A stretch of DNA of 64,000 bases from Rickettsiales bacterium (GTDB taxonomy: Bacteria; Pseudomonadota; Alphaproteobacteria; CAJXXZ01; 1604HC): the NCBI GenBank assembly GCA_965233535.1, contig OZ247489.1, positions 254,566 through 318,565 of the forward strand. Direction: 5' to 3'. Position numbers and translations under genes: made by a program. Shown piece by piece: positions 50,822-61,300 of this stretch. Position 1 is the stretch's first letter; each line of letters opens with the position of its first letter. The notes beneath the pieces were generated by a model. It saw only the letters and a list, made by a program, of their open reading frames with translations, ran no database searches and had not been told where the DNA came from.

Positions 50822-51913
50822 TCATAATTTTTGATATAGCTTTGAATTTATAATTGTTGCTTGCTTATGATAAAAAATATTTTCTACTATTCCAATGCAT
50901 GTCCATAAAGCTAATAAAGATGATCCTCCGTAAGATATGAATGGAAGGGCAATTCCTACTACAGGGCAAAATCCCACTGTCATTGCTATATTTATGTAAG
51001 CTTGAAAAAATATATAATTTGCTACTCCAAAACATACTAACCTATAAAATTTAATATCTATTTGTGAGATTAAATAAATAATATAAATTGTTGTATAAGT
51101 AAATAAAAATATGACCAACATAATACCCCAAAATCCAAATTCTTCACCTATATGTGCTAAAATAAAATCTGTATGTTTTTCTGGGAGAAATCCGAAATTA
51201 CTTTGAGTACCTTGCCCAATTCCTTTGCCATATAAGCCTCCTGACCCTATGCTGATCAATGATTGCTGAGCGTGATATCCAATTCCTTTTATATAAAGCG
51301 ATGGGTTCAAAAAAGCTATAATTCTATTTTTCTGATATTGATGTAGAAATTTCCATACAAATGGTAATGTAGATAACCCTGCTAATGTTGTATATGAAAA
51401 CCACTTAATATTATGAAAAAATATCATTGTGATTCCTATTGCGCATATTAAAATTGCAGTTCCTAAATCTGGTTGCTTTAATATTATTAATGTGGGAATG
51501 CAAATAATCATAATAGCCTTGCAGTAATTTATAAAAGAGCTGTTTGATGAGTGTAAAAATTTAGAAAGAAAAAGTATTAAAGAAATTTTCATGCAATCAG
51601 ATACTTGAATTTTCATAAAAAATAGATTTAACCAACGATATGTACCTGCATGTTTAGCTGATAATATGAATGTTGAAATAAGTAATAATAGTGAAACTAT
51701 ATATAGTATAGTGCTTATTTCGAATAATGTTTTAGTTCTGATTTTTTTAGTATATAAACTAATAGTCATGAATAAAAACATCCTACATATATGAAGTATT
51801 GCACGTTTGTTTTCATTCATTGAAATCATTGCAATAAATCCTATAAGTGAAAAAAGTATTCCTAATATTGGTAATTGAGTTTGAAAAATAGTGTTGCGTG
51901 TTTTCAAATGCAT
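50822..51913 (-). CDS. rodA: SEDS protein, probably RodA
   Basis: QPDLGTA, YQKNRI, GYHAQQS.I.IGSGG, LPEKHTDFI, PVVGIALPFISYGGSS. Confidence 0.88.
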   Translation of the reverse strand: MHLKTRNTIFQTQLPILGILFSLIGFIAMISMNENKRAILHICRMFLFMTISLYTKKIRTKTLFEISTILYIVSLLLLISTFILSAKHAGTYRWLNLFFMKIQVSDCMKISLILFLSKFLHSSNSSFINYCKAIMIICIPTLIILKQPDLGTAILICAIGITMIFFHNIKWFSYTTLAGLSTLPFVWKFLHQYQKNRIIAFLNPSLYIKGIGYHAQQSLISIGSGGLYGKGIGQGTQSNFGFLPEKHTDFILAHIGEEFGFWGIMLVIFLFTYTTIYIIYLISQIDIKFYRLVCFGVANYIFFQAYINIAMTVGFCPVVGIALPFISYGGSSLLALWTCIGIVENIFYHKQATIINSKLYQKL

Positions 51914-51920
51914 TTATGCA

Positions 51921-53651
51921 TTATCCATTCAGTTGAATTTCATATAATTTTTTGTATAAATCATCAACTTTAACTAATTCTTCATGAGTTCCTTGCTGTA
52001 TGATTCTTCCATTATGAAATACTAATATTATATCTGCATTTTTGATTGTATATATTCTATGAGCAATAATGAATTTTGTTTTTGATGAATCTATATCTTT
52101 AATTGCATTTAATATATCTTTTTCAGTGATCGTATCTAATGCTGATGTTGACTCATCAAAAATAAAGATTTTTGCATCTCTAAGCAATCCTCTAGCAATC
52201 ATTAACCTTTGTCTTTGCCCTCCAGATAAAGAAGTGTTTTCTATAGTTGTTTCATATTGATTTGGCAGTGTTTCAATAAATTCATGTATTTGCGCTTTTT
52301 TAGCTGCAGCAATAACTTCCTCTTTTATAGCATCAAATGACCCATATCTAATGTTATTTAGAACTGTATCAACAAACAATTTAGGATCTTGAGGGATCAA
52401 TGCAAAGTTATCTCTTAATGAATGTGGGTTCATATGTTGTATGCTATTTTGACCTAATGTGATTTGACCTTGTTGTGGACTTATTAATCCAAGCATTAAC
52501 TTAATAAATGTTGTTTTTCCACTTCCAGATGAACCAACAAGAGCGACAGTTTTTCCTTGCTCTATTTTTAATTCTCCATCATGTGAAAAAATTTCCTTAT
52601 CTCCATACGCAAATGCAATATTTTGAGCTTTTACATCATAATTCTTAAAATTAATTTTTTGAATATCAGAGTTAATTTTATTAGGTTTCTCTCTTGTCTT
52701 ACACATATCTAGACTTTGTCTGATTCGTCCAATATCTGTCATTAACCAAGATAAATCTTGTGAAAATTCCCATAATTGAGAACTAATTGCATGAATTGTT
52801 TCAGCAACTAAAACAAAGTCTCCAGGTGTTACAAGGCCAACTTTAAACAAAGAAAGCATATAAAAAAATATTGCACTACTTATAATTAACACAACAAAAC
52901 TTTGTGTTGACATGATTTTGAGTAAAAATGTAGCTAACTTTTTCTCTTGAGTCATCACTTCGAATGAGTGTGTTTGATTTTTTTCTAGTTCTTTTTTTGC
53001 TCCATTATAAACAAATACAGATTCTATATTGTCAAATGTATTTGTCCACCTTGAAGATAATGAGCTTCTTAAGTCTGCAAGCTTATATGACATTTTATTT
53101 GTTTTGACTGCCAAAATGAAGCATAAAATGTTCCATACAAGAATCCATATGATCGCAAAATATCCTAAGTTTGTATTAACGCTAAATAGCAAAATACATG
53201 AAAACAGCAAACTACATGCCATTTTAAGAAAATCTGCAGCATAATCTATAAAAATATCTGCAGTAGAATCAGAAGATTGAAATACTGAATATACAAATTT
53301 AGTTGGAGTAAATCCTTGAAAATATTCATACATGTAAGATAATGTATTACCACAAAGCATATCTATTATGTGTTTCCTTAATTTAGGAATCATTTGCAAT
53401 TGTAAGTAATCTCTTGCTCTTCCAGAAAAATCATAAAGAAAAACTGTGGCAATCAAGAAAAACACACATTTATATGCTAAGCCAATCTTTGACATATCTA
53501 CAAATGCCATAGAAAGAGCATCCACTACATGCTTTGTTATAAGGTGAAATAAAGATATCGCAGCAGCATTTGCGCATACGCATATAGCTATCCCTACTAA
53601 AATAAGCTTGAAAGGCTTAATCACATTTTTGAAAAAATTTAACATATTCAC
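51921..53651 (-). CDS. ABC exporter, fused permease plus ATPase (MsbA-like)
   Basis: Six TMs; GSSGSGKT, LSGGQRQR, FDESTSALD, IAHR. Confidence 0.92.
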   Translation of the reverse strand: MNMLNFFKNVIKPFKLILVGIAICVCANAAAISLFHLITKHVVDALSMAFVDMSKIGLAYKCVFFLIATVFLYDFSGRARDYLQLQMIPKLRKHIIDMLCGNTLSYMYEYFQGFTPTKFVYSVFQSSDSTADIFIDYAADFLKMACSLLFSCILLFSVNTNLGYFAIIWILVWNILCFILAVKTNKMSYKLADLRSSLSSRWTNTFDNIESVFVYNGAKKELEKNQTHSFEVMTQEKKLATFLLKIMSTQSFVVLIISSAIFFYMLSLFKVGLVTPGDFVLVAETIHAISSQLWEFSQDLSWLMTDIGRIRQSLDMCKTREKPNKINSDIQKINFKNYDVKAQNIAFAYGDKEIFSHDGELKIEQGKTVALVGSSGSGKTTFIKLMLGLISPQQGQITLGQNSIQHMNPHSLRDNFALIPQDPKLFVDTVLNNIRYGSFDAIKEEVIAAAKKAQIHEFIETLPNQYETTIENTSLSGGQRQRLMIARGLLRDAKIFIFDESTSALDTITEKDILNAIKDIDSSKTKFIIAHRIYTIKNADIILVFHNGRIIQQGTHEELVKVDDLYKKLYEIQLNG

Positions 53652-54349
53652 TATTTATTACCTCTTAAAATATACATTCCTAAGGCAGCTGCAACTGATG
53701 CGTTTAAAACAGGAAAAGATGGATCAGTATCTATTCCAATAAACCCGTCACATTCGGATTTTACTCTTTTGCGGATCCCCTTGCCCTCACTGCCTATTAC
53801 GAGTACAAATCCACCGATTAGGTCATTAGAACATTTCTTTCCATCTTCTTCAAGTCCGAAGCACCAAAAACCTTTCTTTTTTAAATATATTAATCCATCT
53901 GCAAGGTTGGTAACTTTTGATACGTGTATTTGTTCAAGAGCTCCGCATGCATTCTTTGCAACTGTTCCATCTAAAGATGGAGAATGATCTTTTGTCATCA
54001 ACAAATGTTTAAATCCTAAAGCAGCCATAGATCTTATAATTGCTCCAACATTATGTGGATCCTGCACTTGATCTAATGCAACTATGCAATCATTAGGTTG
54101 AATGTGTGTACATAATGATAATTTACAACAAGATAATGAAGAGCACGTTAATACAATTCCTTGATGCTGAACATCTGGAAACTTTTTGTTTAAAAATTTC
54201 CTTTCTACTACCTCAATATTCAAGCCAGGTCTGATTTCTGCAACTTCATCTCTAACACTACCGATGCACTGTATTTTAAAAATTTTTCTACTTCTACTTT
54301 TCAAAGCAGCAAATACAGCATGCTTTCCCCATAAATTTACGTATCCCAT
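53651..54349 (-). CDS. rlmB: 23S rRNA G2251 2'-O-methyltransferase (SpoU family)
   Basis: HQGI, LDQVQDPHNVGAIIRS, GSEGKGIR, LNASVA. Confidence 0.9.
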   Translation of the reverse strand: MGYVNLWGKHAVFAALKSRSRKIFKIQCIGSVRDEVAEIRPGLNIEVVERKFLNKKFPDVQHQGIVLTCSSLSCCKLSLCTHIQPNDCIVALDQVQDPHNVGAIIRSMAALGFKHLLMTKDHSPSLDGTVAKNACGALEQIHVSKVTNLADGLIYLKKKGFWCFGLEEDGKKCSNDLIGGFVLVIGSEGKGIRKRVKSECDGFIGIDTDPSFPVLNASVAAALGMYILRGNK

Positions 54350-54426
54350 ATTTGTTGATAGTAACATTTTGTGTTTTATCTATAAAGTTATTCAAATTAT
54401 CTTGTATAAATTATAAGATCAAAGTA

Positions 54427-55410
54427 ATGAGTATTATTTTAACCGGAGATAGACCAACAGGAAAATTGCATTTAGGTCATTATGCAGGTTCTTTAAAATC
54501 AAGATTAGATTTACAAAATCAGCATGAGCAATATGTTATGATAGCTGACTTACAAGCTTTAACTGATCACAATTCTGATGTTGTATCAAATAATATTTTT
54601 GAAGTTATGAAAGATTATATTTCTGTAGGATTGGATCCAGCAAAAACAACTTTCCTTTTACAATCAGCAATACCAGAATTAGCGGAACTTACATTTCACT
54701 ACATGAATCTTGTGACTTTAGGGCGTTTAGAGAGAAACCCTACAGTAAAAGCTGAAATCAAACAAAAACGTTATGAAAATTCTATTCCCGCAGGATTTTT
54801 ATGTTATCCAGTTAGTCAAGCTGCAGACATCACTGCATTTCAAGCTGATTTGGTTCCAGTAGGAAATGATCAAATTCCAATGATAGAGCAAACAAATGAA
54901 ATTGTACGTAAATTCACTTCACTGCATGGTTCTGGAGTTTTGAAAGAAGTAAAAGCAATTTTAAGCAAAACTGCTCGCTTGTCTGGAATAGATGGAAAAG
55001 CAAAAGCAAGTAAATCTTTAGGAAATGCAATTATGCTTTCTGAAAGCTCAGAAGAGATTAGAAGTAAAGTTTTCGAAATGTATACAGATCCAGATCATAT
55101 ACATGTTTCTGATCCTGGAAAAGTAGAAGGTAATGTTGTATTTGAATACTTAGATGAATTTTACAATGACACTCAACATTTAGAAGAATTAAAAGAAAAT
55201 TATAGAAAGGGTGGTCTTGGTGATGTGAAATTGAAAAAATTGCTTAATGAGTCTTTGCAAGATTTTATAGCTCCAATTAGAGAAAAGCGAGCTTCATTAA
55301 ATAATGATGATATGAAGCAAATTTTAATTCAAGGAACTGCTAAAGCGAGAAAAATTGCCCAGAAAACACTTCATAATGTTAGAAAAGCAATTGGCGTGAT
55401 TGATTTTTAG
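54427..55410 (+). CDS. trpS: Tryptophan--tRNA ligase
   Basis: TGDRPTGKLHLGH, YPVSQAADI, VPVGNDQ, KASKS. Confidence 0.96.
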   Translation: MSIILTGDRPTGKLHLGHYAGSLKSRLDLQNQHEQYVMIADLQALTDHNSDVVSNNIFEVMKDYISVGLDPAKTTFLLQSAIPELAELTFHYMNLVTLGRLERNPTVKAEIKQKRYENSIPAGFLCYPVSQAADITAFQADLVPVGNDQIPMIEQTNEIVRKFTSLHGSGVLKEVKAILSKTARLSGIDGKAKASKSLGNAIMLSESSEEIRSKVFEMYTDPDHIHVSDPGKVEGNVVFEYLDEFYNDTQHLEELKENYRKGGLGDVKLKKLLNESLQDFIAPIREKRASLNNDDMKQILIQGTAKARKIAQKTLHNVRKAIGVIDF

Positions 55411-55416
55411 GTTACT

Positions 55417-55962
55417 ATGAATAAAATAAGATTTATGTCATTACCCAATATGATCACTATGTTTCGTGTAATTAGCGCTCCAATAATATGTATTTTCATT
55501 ATCTATGGATTAAAATTTGAAGCTGCAAGTTTGTTTTTATTATCATGTTTTTCTGATTTTTTGGATGGATATGTAGCTCGTATGTATAGTATGACATCGA
55601 AATTTGGACAACACTTTGATTCATTTGCAGATAAAATGCTGATCACATTAGTATTGTTAACATTGCTGCAAAAACATATTATTTCAGGGTTTCATGTTAT
55701 TCCAGTATACGTGATTATAATGCGTAATTTAGTTATATATTTTATTCGTAATTACATTAATGAAATAAAACAAAAAAATATTGCTGTGCACACGTTGGGC
55801 AAAATCACAACATGTATCCAAATGTGTAGCATGACTTTATTGATTTTTGATTTTTCATGTATAGGGAATGCTTTGCTCTGGATTGCTATGACTTTATCAG
55901 TGATTAGTTTGATAAATTATTTATTTTCAGCTTTTTGTAATAAACATTATATTATTGATTAG
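55417..55962 (+). CDS. pgsA: CDP-diacylglycerol--glycerol-3-phosphate phosphatidyltransferase
   Basis: LPNMIT.FR, D.LDGYVAR...S.FG..D..ADK. Confidence 0.9.
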   Translation: MNKIRFMSLPNMITMFRVISAPIICIFIIYGLKFEAASLFLLSCFSDFLDGYVARMYSMTSKFGQHFDSFADKMLITLVLLTLLQKHIISGFHVIPVYVIIMRNLVIYFIRNYINEIKQKNIAVHTLGKITTCIQMCSMTLLIFDFSCIGNALLWIAMTLSVISLINYLFSAFCNKHYIID

Positions 55963-56031
55963 TAGTTTTGTTTAGATTTAGATTTTAATTTTAGGGTATG
56001 AGTTTTAATAACTCCAGGTTAATATCGATAT

Positions 56032-56457
56032 ATGAATATAAAAGTACAATTATTAGATGAAAAATGCATGCCTACTAAAGCAACAGAAGGAAGTGCTGGA
56101 TTTGATTTAGTTGCTAAGCTTGATACTCCTGTAACTTTAGCTCCAATGGAAAGAAAATTGATTCCAGCTGGTTTCTGTATGGAATTGCCACCAATGTATG
56201 AAGCCCAAATTAGATCTAGATCAGGTTTGTCAATTAAGCATGGGGTATGTGTTTTAAATGCCCCAGGAACAATTGACTCAGATTATAGAGATGAAGTAAA
56301 AATTATTATTATAAATTTTGGGAATGAGGACTATACAGTTCAGCCATATATAAGAATTGCACAAATGGTTATATGTAAATTAGATGAATGTGAATTGCAT
56401 GCTGCTGAAATTAGTAAAAACAGTCGTGGAGGATTTGGATCCACAGGAGTCTTTTAA
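56032..56457 (+). CDS. dut: dUTPase
   Basis: AGFDL, RSGL, GTIDSDYR, RIAQ, RGGFGSTG. Confidence 0.96.
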   Translation: MNIKVQLLDEKCMPTKATEGSAGFDLVAKLDTPVTLAPMERKLIPAGFCMELPPMYEAQIRSRSGLSIKHGVCVLNAPGTIDSDYRDEVKIIIINFGNEDYTVQPYIRIAQMVICKLDECELHAAEISKNSRGGFGSTGVF

Positions 56458-56504
56458 CTGCACTTTGCTTCAAAATTACTTTGTATTTTGTTTCATATAG
56501 ATAT

Positions 56505-56533
56505 TTGCTTTTGTATTAATAGTTTGTTAACAT
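56505..56533 (+). promoter_or_regulatory. Sigma70-like promoter (TTGCTT-17-TAACAT) overlapped by a CtrA box TTAA-N7-TTAAC (56516-56531)
   Basis: Read directly; -10 ends 6 nt before the ATG at 56540. Confidence 0.6.
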
Positions 56534-56539
56534 GCTCGC

Positions 56540-58183
56540 ATGAATAATAAAAAATTAATTAGTTTTGTGATGTCTGTATTTATGATTAGCTCAGTTAGAT
56601 CTGATGCTGAGTTTGATAGAAATTTAATTACAAAGTGTGATCATGCAGCATTGAATCATATGAAAACTGCTGACAATATTAAAGCTTCTATAGGTTCCAA
56701 CTCTACTTTGTTTTTTATGGACAATAAAGCAATACTTCATGCTAATAAAGATTTGAGTGATATTGGTGGAGAAGGTCTTCATGGTAAATATTTGATTTTT
56801 GATGAAGAAAAAGCTAAAGAGATTGCAGATTTAGTAGCAAATAACACAGCAGCTAGCGGACTGATTATATTAGCTTTAGATAAAATTATGAAGATTTATA
56901 ATGGTCAAGAAATCAAAAATGAATACACACATGAGGATGATCATGATAAAGTATTTTCAAATATAGCGTATAGTTTGTTTAATTCTGGAAGCATATTATC
57001 ATCTGAAGATAAATCTAAAGCATTAGAAGCTTTCTTAAGGGATCCTGAAACATATATCAAGATTAATATTAATACTTTAGAGGATGCAGATATTAAAGAA
57101 TTATTTGATTTTGTTAAAACTACATTTTATTTAGATCGTGACGATTCAGATAATGAATCTACAAAAAATAATTATGTCACAAAGCGTGATGCATTGCTTA
57201 ATGGTTTTGAAAGTTCAGACAGTGTTGATAGTTTTCAAGTTTTTGCACTTTATGTATTAGACAGGCTAAATAGCACGTGTCAAAAAAGTGTAACTGATAT
57301 GACTGAGCAAGATACATGGGCTTCTGATAACATTAAAGGCTCTATCAATGCAGCTACAGAAATGGTTGCAAAAAGAATTAAAGAAGCAGAAGAAGTGTTA
57401 GCAGCAGAAGCAGAAAAAGAAGAAGCTGATGCTAGTCCATCACCAGTAGCACCTGTGACTCCAACATCACCAGCAGGTTCAAATTCAAGCTTCAGTAGCG
57501 CATCTGGTTCAAATCCAGCTCCAGAAGCATCTGTGGCTCCAACATCACCAGCAGCAGAAGTTCAAGTAGCGCCATCAGCAGGTGAAGACCAAGGTAATAA
57601 AGAAACTAAAAGTGAAAAAAGTGATTCAAATCCAAAAGACACATTGCTGGAAATTGCACCTAAAAATGATGAAAGCCCAAAAGCGGCATCTGAAGTTGGT
57701 GAAACTAAATTAGCTCCAAAAGCAAAGCAAGCAGCAAAATCTCAAGTTTCAACATCACCTACTCATTCAGCAAATGATGAAGGAACAACGGAAACAAAAA
57801 AAGCATCAGAAGCAATGGTAAATGAAAGTTCACCAGCGGTAGAAGAAGATGGTTCAGACGCTCCAGCAAAAGATGTTGCAGATACTTCTGCTTCAACATC
57901 ATCTGCAACAGGCGTTGATTCAAAGCCAGAAACAGAAGAAGTTCAAGTAGCGCCAGTATCTCCAGTTAAGAAAAATTCAATACAACCTCTGTCACAAGAA
58001 GAAAAAAAGATGGAGAGTCAATTAAGAACAGGATTGAGTAAGTATCATAGCTCTTCTAAGAAAGGTCCAGAGAAGCAAAAGAACAAAGAAGCATTACAAA
58101 AAATAATAAGAAAAGCAAAAGCAATGAATTCTGATGCAATGACAGCAATCTTAAACAAACAAGAATATGCATTTTTTTATTAA
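56540..58183 (+). CDS. Secreted orphan protein, family D, copy 1 (Ser/Pro/Ala-rich tail)
   Basis: Signal peptide; N-terminal ~240 aa homologous to the next gene. Confidence 0.85.
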   Translation: MNNKKLISFVMSVFMISSVRSDAEFDRNLITKCDHAALNHMKTADNIKASIGSNSTLFFMDNKAILHANKDLSDIGGEGLHGKYLIFDEEKAKEIADLVANNTAASGLIILALDKIMKIYNGQEIKNEYTHEDDHDKVFSNIAYSLFNSGSILSSEDKSKALEAFLRDPETYIKININTLEDADIKELFDFVKTTFYLDRDDSDNESTKNNYVTKRDALLNGFESSDSVDSFQVFALYVLDRLNSTCQKSVTDMTEQDTWASDNIKGSINAATEMVAKRIKEAEEVLAAEAEKEEADASPSPVAPVTPTSPAGSNSSFSSASGSNPAPEASVAPTSPAAEVQVAPSAGEDQGNKETKSEKSDSNPKDTLLEIAPKNDESPKAASEVGETKLAPKAKQAAKSQVSTSPTHSANDEGTTETKKASEAMVNESSPAVEEDGSDAPAKDVADTSASTSSATGVDSKPETEEVQVAPVSPVKKNSIQPLSQEEKKMESQLRTGLSKYHSSSKKGPEKQKNKEALQKIIRKAKAMNSDAMTAILNKQEYAFFY

Positions 58184-58347
58184 ATAATTAAATAGAAATT
58201 ACTCCTCACAATATATGTTTAATATTTACATAAACAAATATTAAAAAATTTGCCTATAAAATAAACATATAAGTTAATCAAATCACAATCATTACTTTTC
58301 TATAAATGAATTGATGAAAATTATACATGATTGTATTTGATGAATTC

Positions 58348-58376
58348 TTGATTTTTTATTAATTTCCTGTTAATCT
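58348..58376 (+). promoter_or_regulatory. Sigma70-like promoter (TTGATT-17-TAATCT) overlapped by a CtrA box TTAA-N7-TTAA (58359-58373)
   Basis: Same geometry as 56505-56533; -10 ends 6 nt before the GTG at 58383. Confidence 0.55.
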
Positions 58377-58382
58377 TGTCGC

Positions 58383-61300
58383 GTGAATAATAGAAAATTA
58401 ATTAGCTTGGTAGTATCTGTTTTAGCATCTAATGGTGTAAATGCTAAAAGTCAAGCTCTTGTTACCCGTTGTGATAAAGCAGCATCAGATTACATATCTG
58501 TGCAAGAAAATGCTGAAATTGCTAAAGGGTCAAATTCTATTTTATATTTTGATAATCAAAGTATAGTATTTCGTGCTAATAAGGAATTAAATTCTGATAA
58601 GCATAAATTAAGTAGTGGAGATTGTTTGATTTTTAATGATGAGCAAGCACAAAAAATTAAATTATTAATAGGTGAGATTAATATTAATAAACTTATTAAA
58701 TTAGCTTTAGATGAAATTATGAGCATTGCTAATTTTGAAACATTTAATGACCAAAGTATGCAAGGTGGGGCTGTTACTTTTGCATTTAATAATGCTGATG
58801 CTTTTGCTATTTCTAAATCTGAAGCTTTAAATCGATTGCTTAGTGCTGAAAATGGTATCAAAATGAGTAAAAACTTGTATGGTAAAGAATTGAAAACCAT
58901 GATTGAATTTATTAAAGATACATTTGATTTAGAAGGTGTAGATTTAACCAAATATAATATTCAAGAAAACACATTACAATTATTTATTGTGAAAAATGTA
59001 GAATTTATTTTAAGAGCACGCTCTACTGATGAAATAATTAATCAAATTGAAAGCAGCCAAAAACAAGAAGAAGCTGCAATTCAAATTCAAAGATTTTGGA
59101 GAAATAATTATCCAGTAAAATCAGAAGGTTTGACTTCTCGTTCTGATACAAATTTAAGCTCTCAATCAAGTGATATAGTTAAAGAATTAATTTCAGCAGG
59201 AACATCTACTGATGATATGGGGAGTGATCAAAATGATAGTCAAAGTGAAATTTATAAACACTTAATTCAAGAAGAAGACATAGAATACATGATGCGAAAA
59301 ATGATTGAGCGATTAGAAGAAGCTGAAGAAAAAGCAAAAATTGAAGCAGAAGCAAAAGTAGATCTAGAAGTTAAATTAGCATCTAATGCAGCAAAAGCAA
59401 AAGCAAGTTCAGAGAAATTATTAGAAGCGAAAGCTATCTCAGATGCAGAAATCAAAAGAATAACAGAAGAAAATTCAAAAGAGGCAGCAGATAGATTAGC
59501 AGAAGCTGAAAGAGCGAAAGCAGAAGCAGAATTATCACAAATAGCAAATAAAGAAATTCAAAAACAACTAGATACAGTTAAGAAATTAAATGAAGAGAAA
59601 GGTGAATTAGTAAAAGACAATGCAGAGATTCAAAAGCAATTGAAAGCTCAAGTGAATCTAGCAAATGCAGAGATTCAAAAGCAAGCAGTAGGTTTTGAAA
59701 AGCAATTAGCAGTGTTAGAAAAAACAAAAGAAGCGGCTGAAGCAAATGCAAGAAAATTAGAAGAAGCAGTAAGATTAGCTGAAAATGAAAAAGCAGAAAG
59801 TGCAAGACAATTTGAAGTTAAATTAGCATCTAATATGAAAAAAGCTGAAAAAGCAAATGCAGAGATAGAAAAGCAACAAGGTGTAGTTAAAAAATCAAAT
59901 CAAGAGAAAGATGAATTAAGTGAGCAATTAGGAGTGTCAAATAAAGAAAAAGAAGGATTAGCAAAGCAGTTACAAGCTAAATCAGAAGACGCTGAAGAGT
60001 TGAAAAATAATCATGCAATTCAAGTTGCAAAATATGAAGAGGATGCAACTAAAGCTAGAGAGCAATTAAAAGAAGCAAATGCTGAAAGTCAAAAAGCAAA
60101 GGCAAAATTGGAAGAAAAAGCTGAGGCATTGCAAGCTCAAGCAGCAGATGCAGCAAGATTAGCTGAAGAATCAAAAGCTAAAGCAGCAGTAGCTGAAATA
60201 GCGAAATCTAGTGCAGATGCAGAAATTCAAAAGCAACTGAAAGGTTTACAAGCGAAATTAGAAGCGTCAAAAAAAGAGGCTAAGCACAGTGCAGAGCAAG
60301 AAAAAAAAGAGAGAGAAAACATCGAGATAAGCACAAAGAACATGATGGCTGATTTTAAAAAAGAGATTAAAGAATTAGAGGCTAAAAATCAAAAACAAGC
60401 AAAAGAATTAGCAGCTGTAAAAGCAAATGCTGAATCAGAAGCAAAAGCAAGTTCAGAGAAGTTAGCTGCGGCAAATGCAGCTCATGACGCAGAAGTTGAA
60501 GCAGTTGAAGAAAATGCAAGAAAATTAGAAATGCAGTTATCAGTGTCAGAAAAAGCAAATGCTCAGACAGCAGAAGCAGCAAGGTTGGCTGAAGCAAATG
60601 CAAAGTTGGAACAGTCAAATCAAGAGAAAGATGAATTAGTAAAAGACAATGCAGAAAGTCAAAAACAACTGAAAGATTTACAAGCTAAATCAGCAGCGGA
60701 TGAAGAAAAGTTCAATCTAGTAAAGGTTGAAAATCAGAAAATTCAGACCGCAAAGGAAAATGCAAAAACATCTCATGATCTATATTTGAAAACAAAAGAA
60801 TCTGTAGAAAGTGATAGCGCTTATGCAGAAATCTCAGTTGAAGTGAAAGGGAATATTGATCAATATGTAGGAAATTTACAAAATGAAGCAGATGTTAGAT
60901 ACGAAACAAATAAATGTTTGAGAGATGCATTGACGGAAAAGGATATTTTGGCAATATTAATGAAGGAAACGAAAATGAAGCTTCAAAACGCAAAGACTTT
61001 TGAAGATATTGATGCTATTTTTGATGCTTCTGAAATAAGTAAGTTGTTGGGCAAAGTTAATTATAAGGAAAAAAAATTTTCCAACATTAAAAAGCAATTA
61101 ATTGAAAAGTTTAATGGAAAAACAGCAGAACAATGTAAAAACAATATGCCTAAGAGCGTTGGAATACAAGATGAAGGATATTGTAGCAAATTCTTTGAGC
61201 AACAAGTGAGTGGTATATCACAGTTAGCGTTTGAAAAATTGACTTATATGCAAGGTCAAGACATTCCTCAAGAAGAGTGGGAAAGTGAATTACAGTGTGG

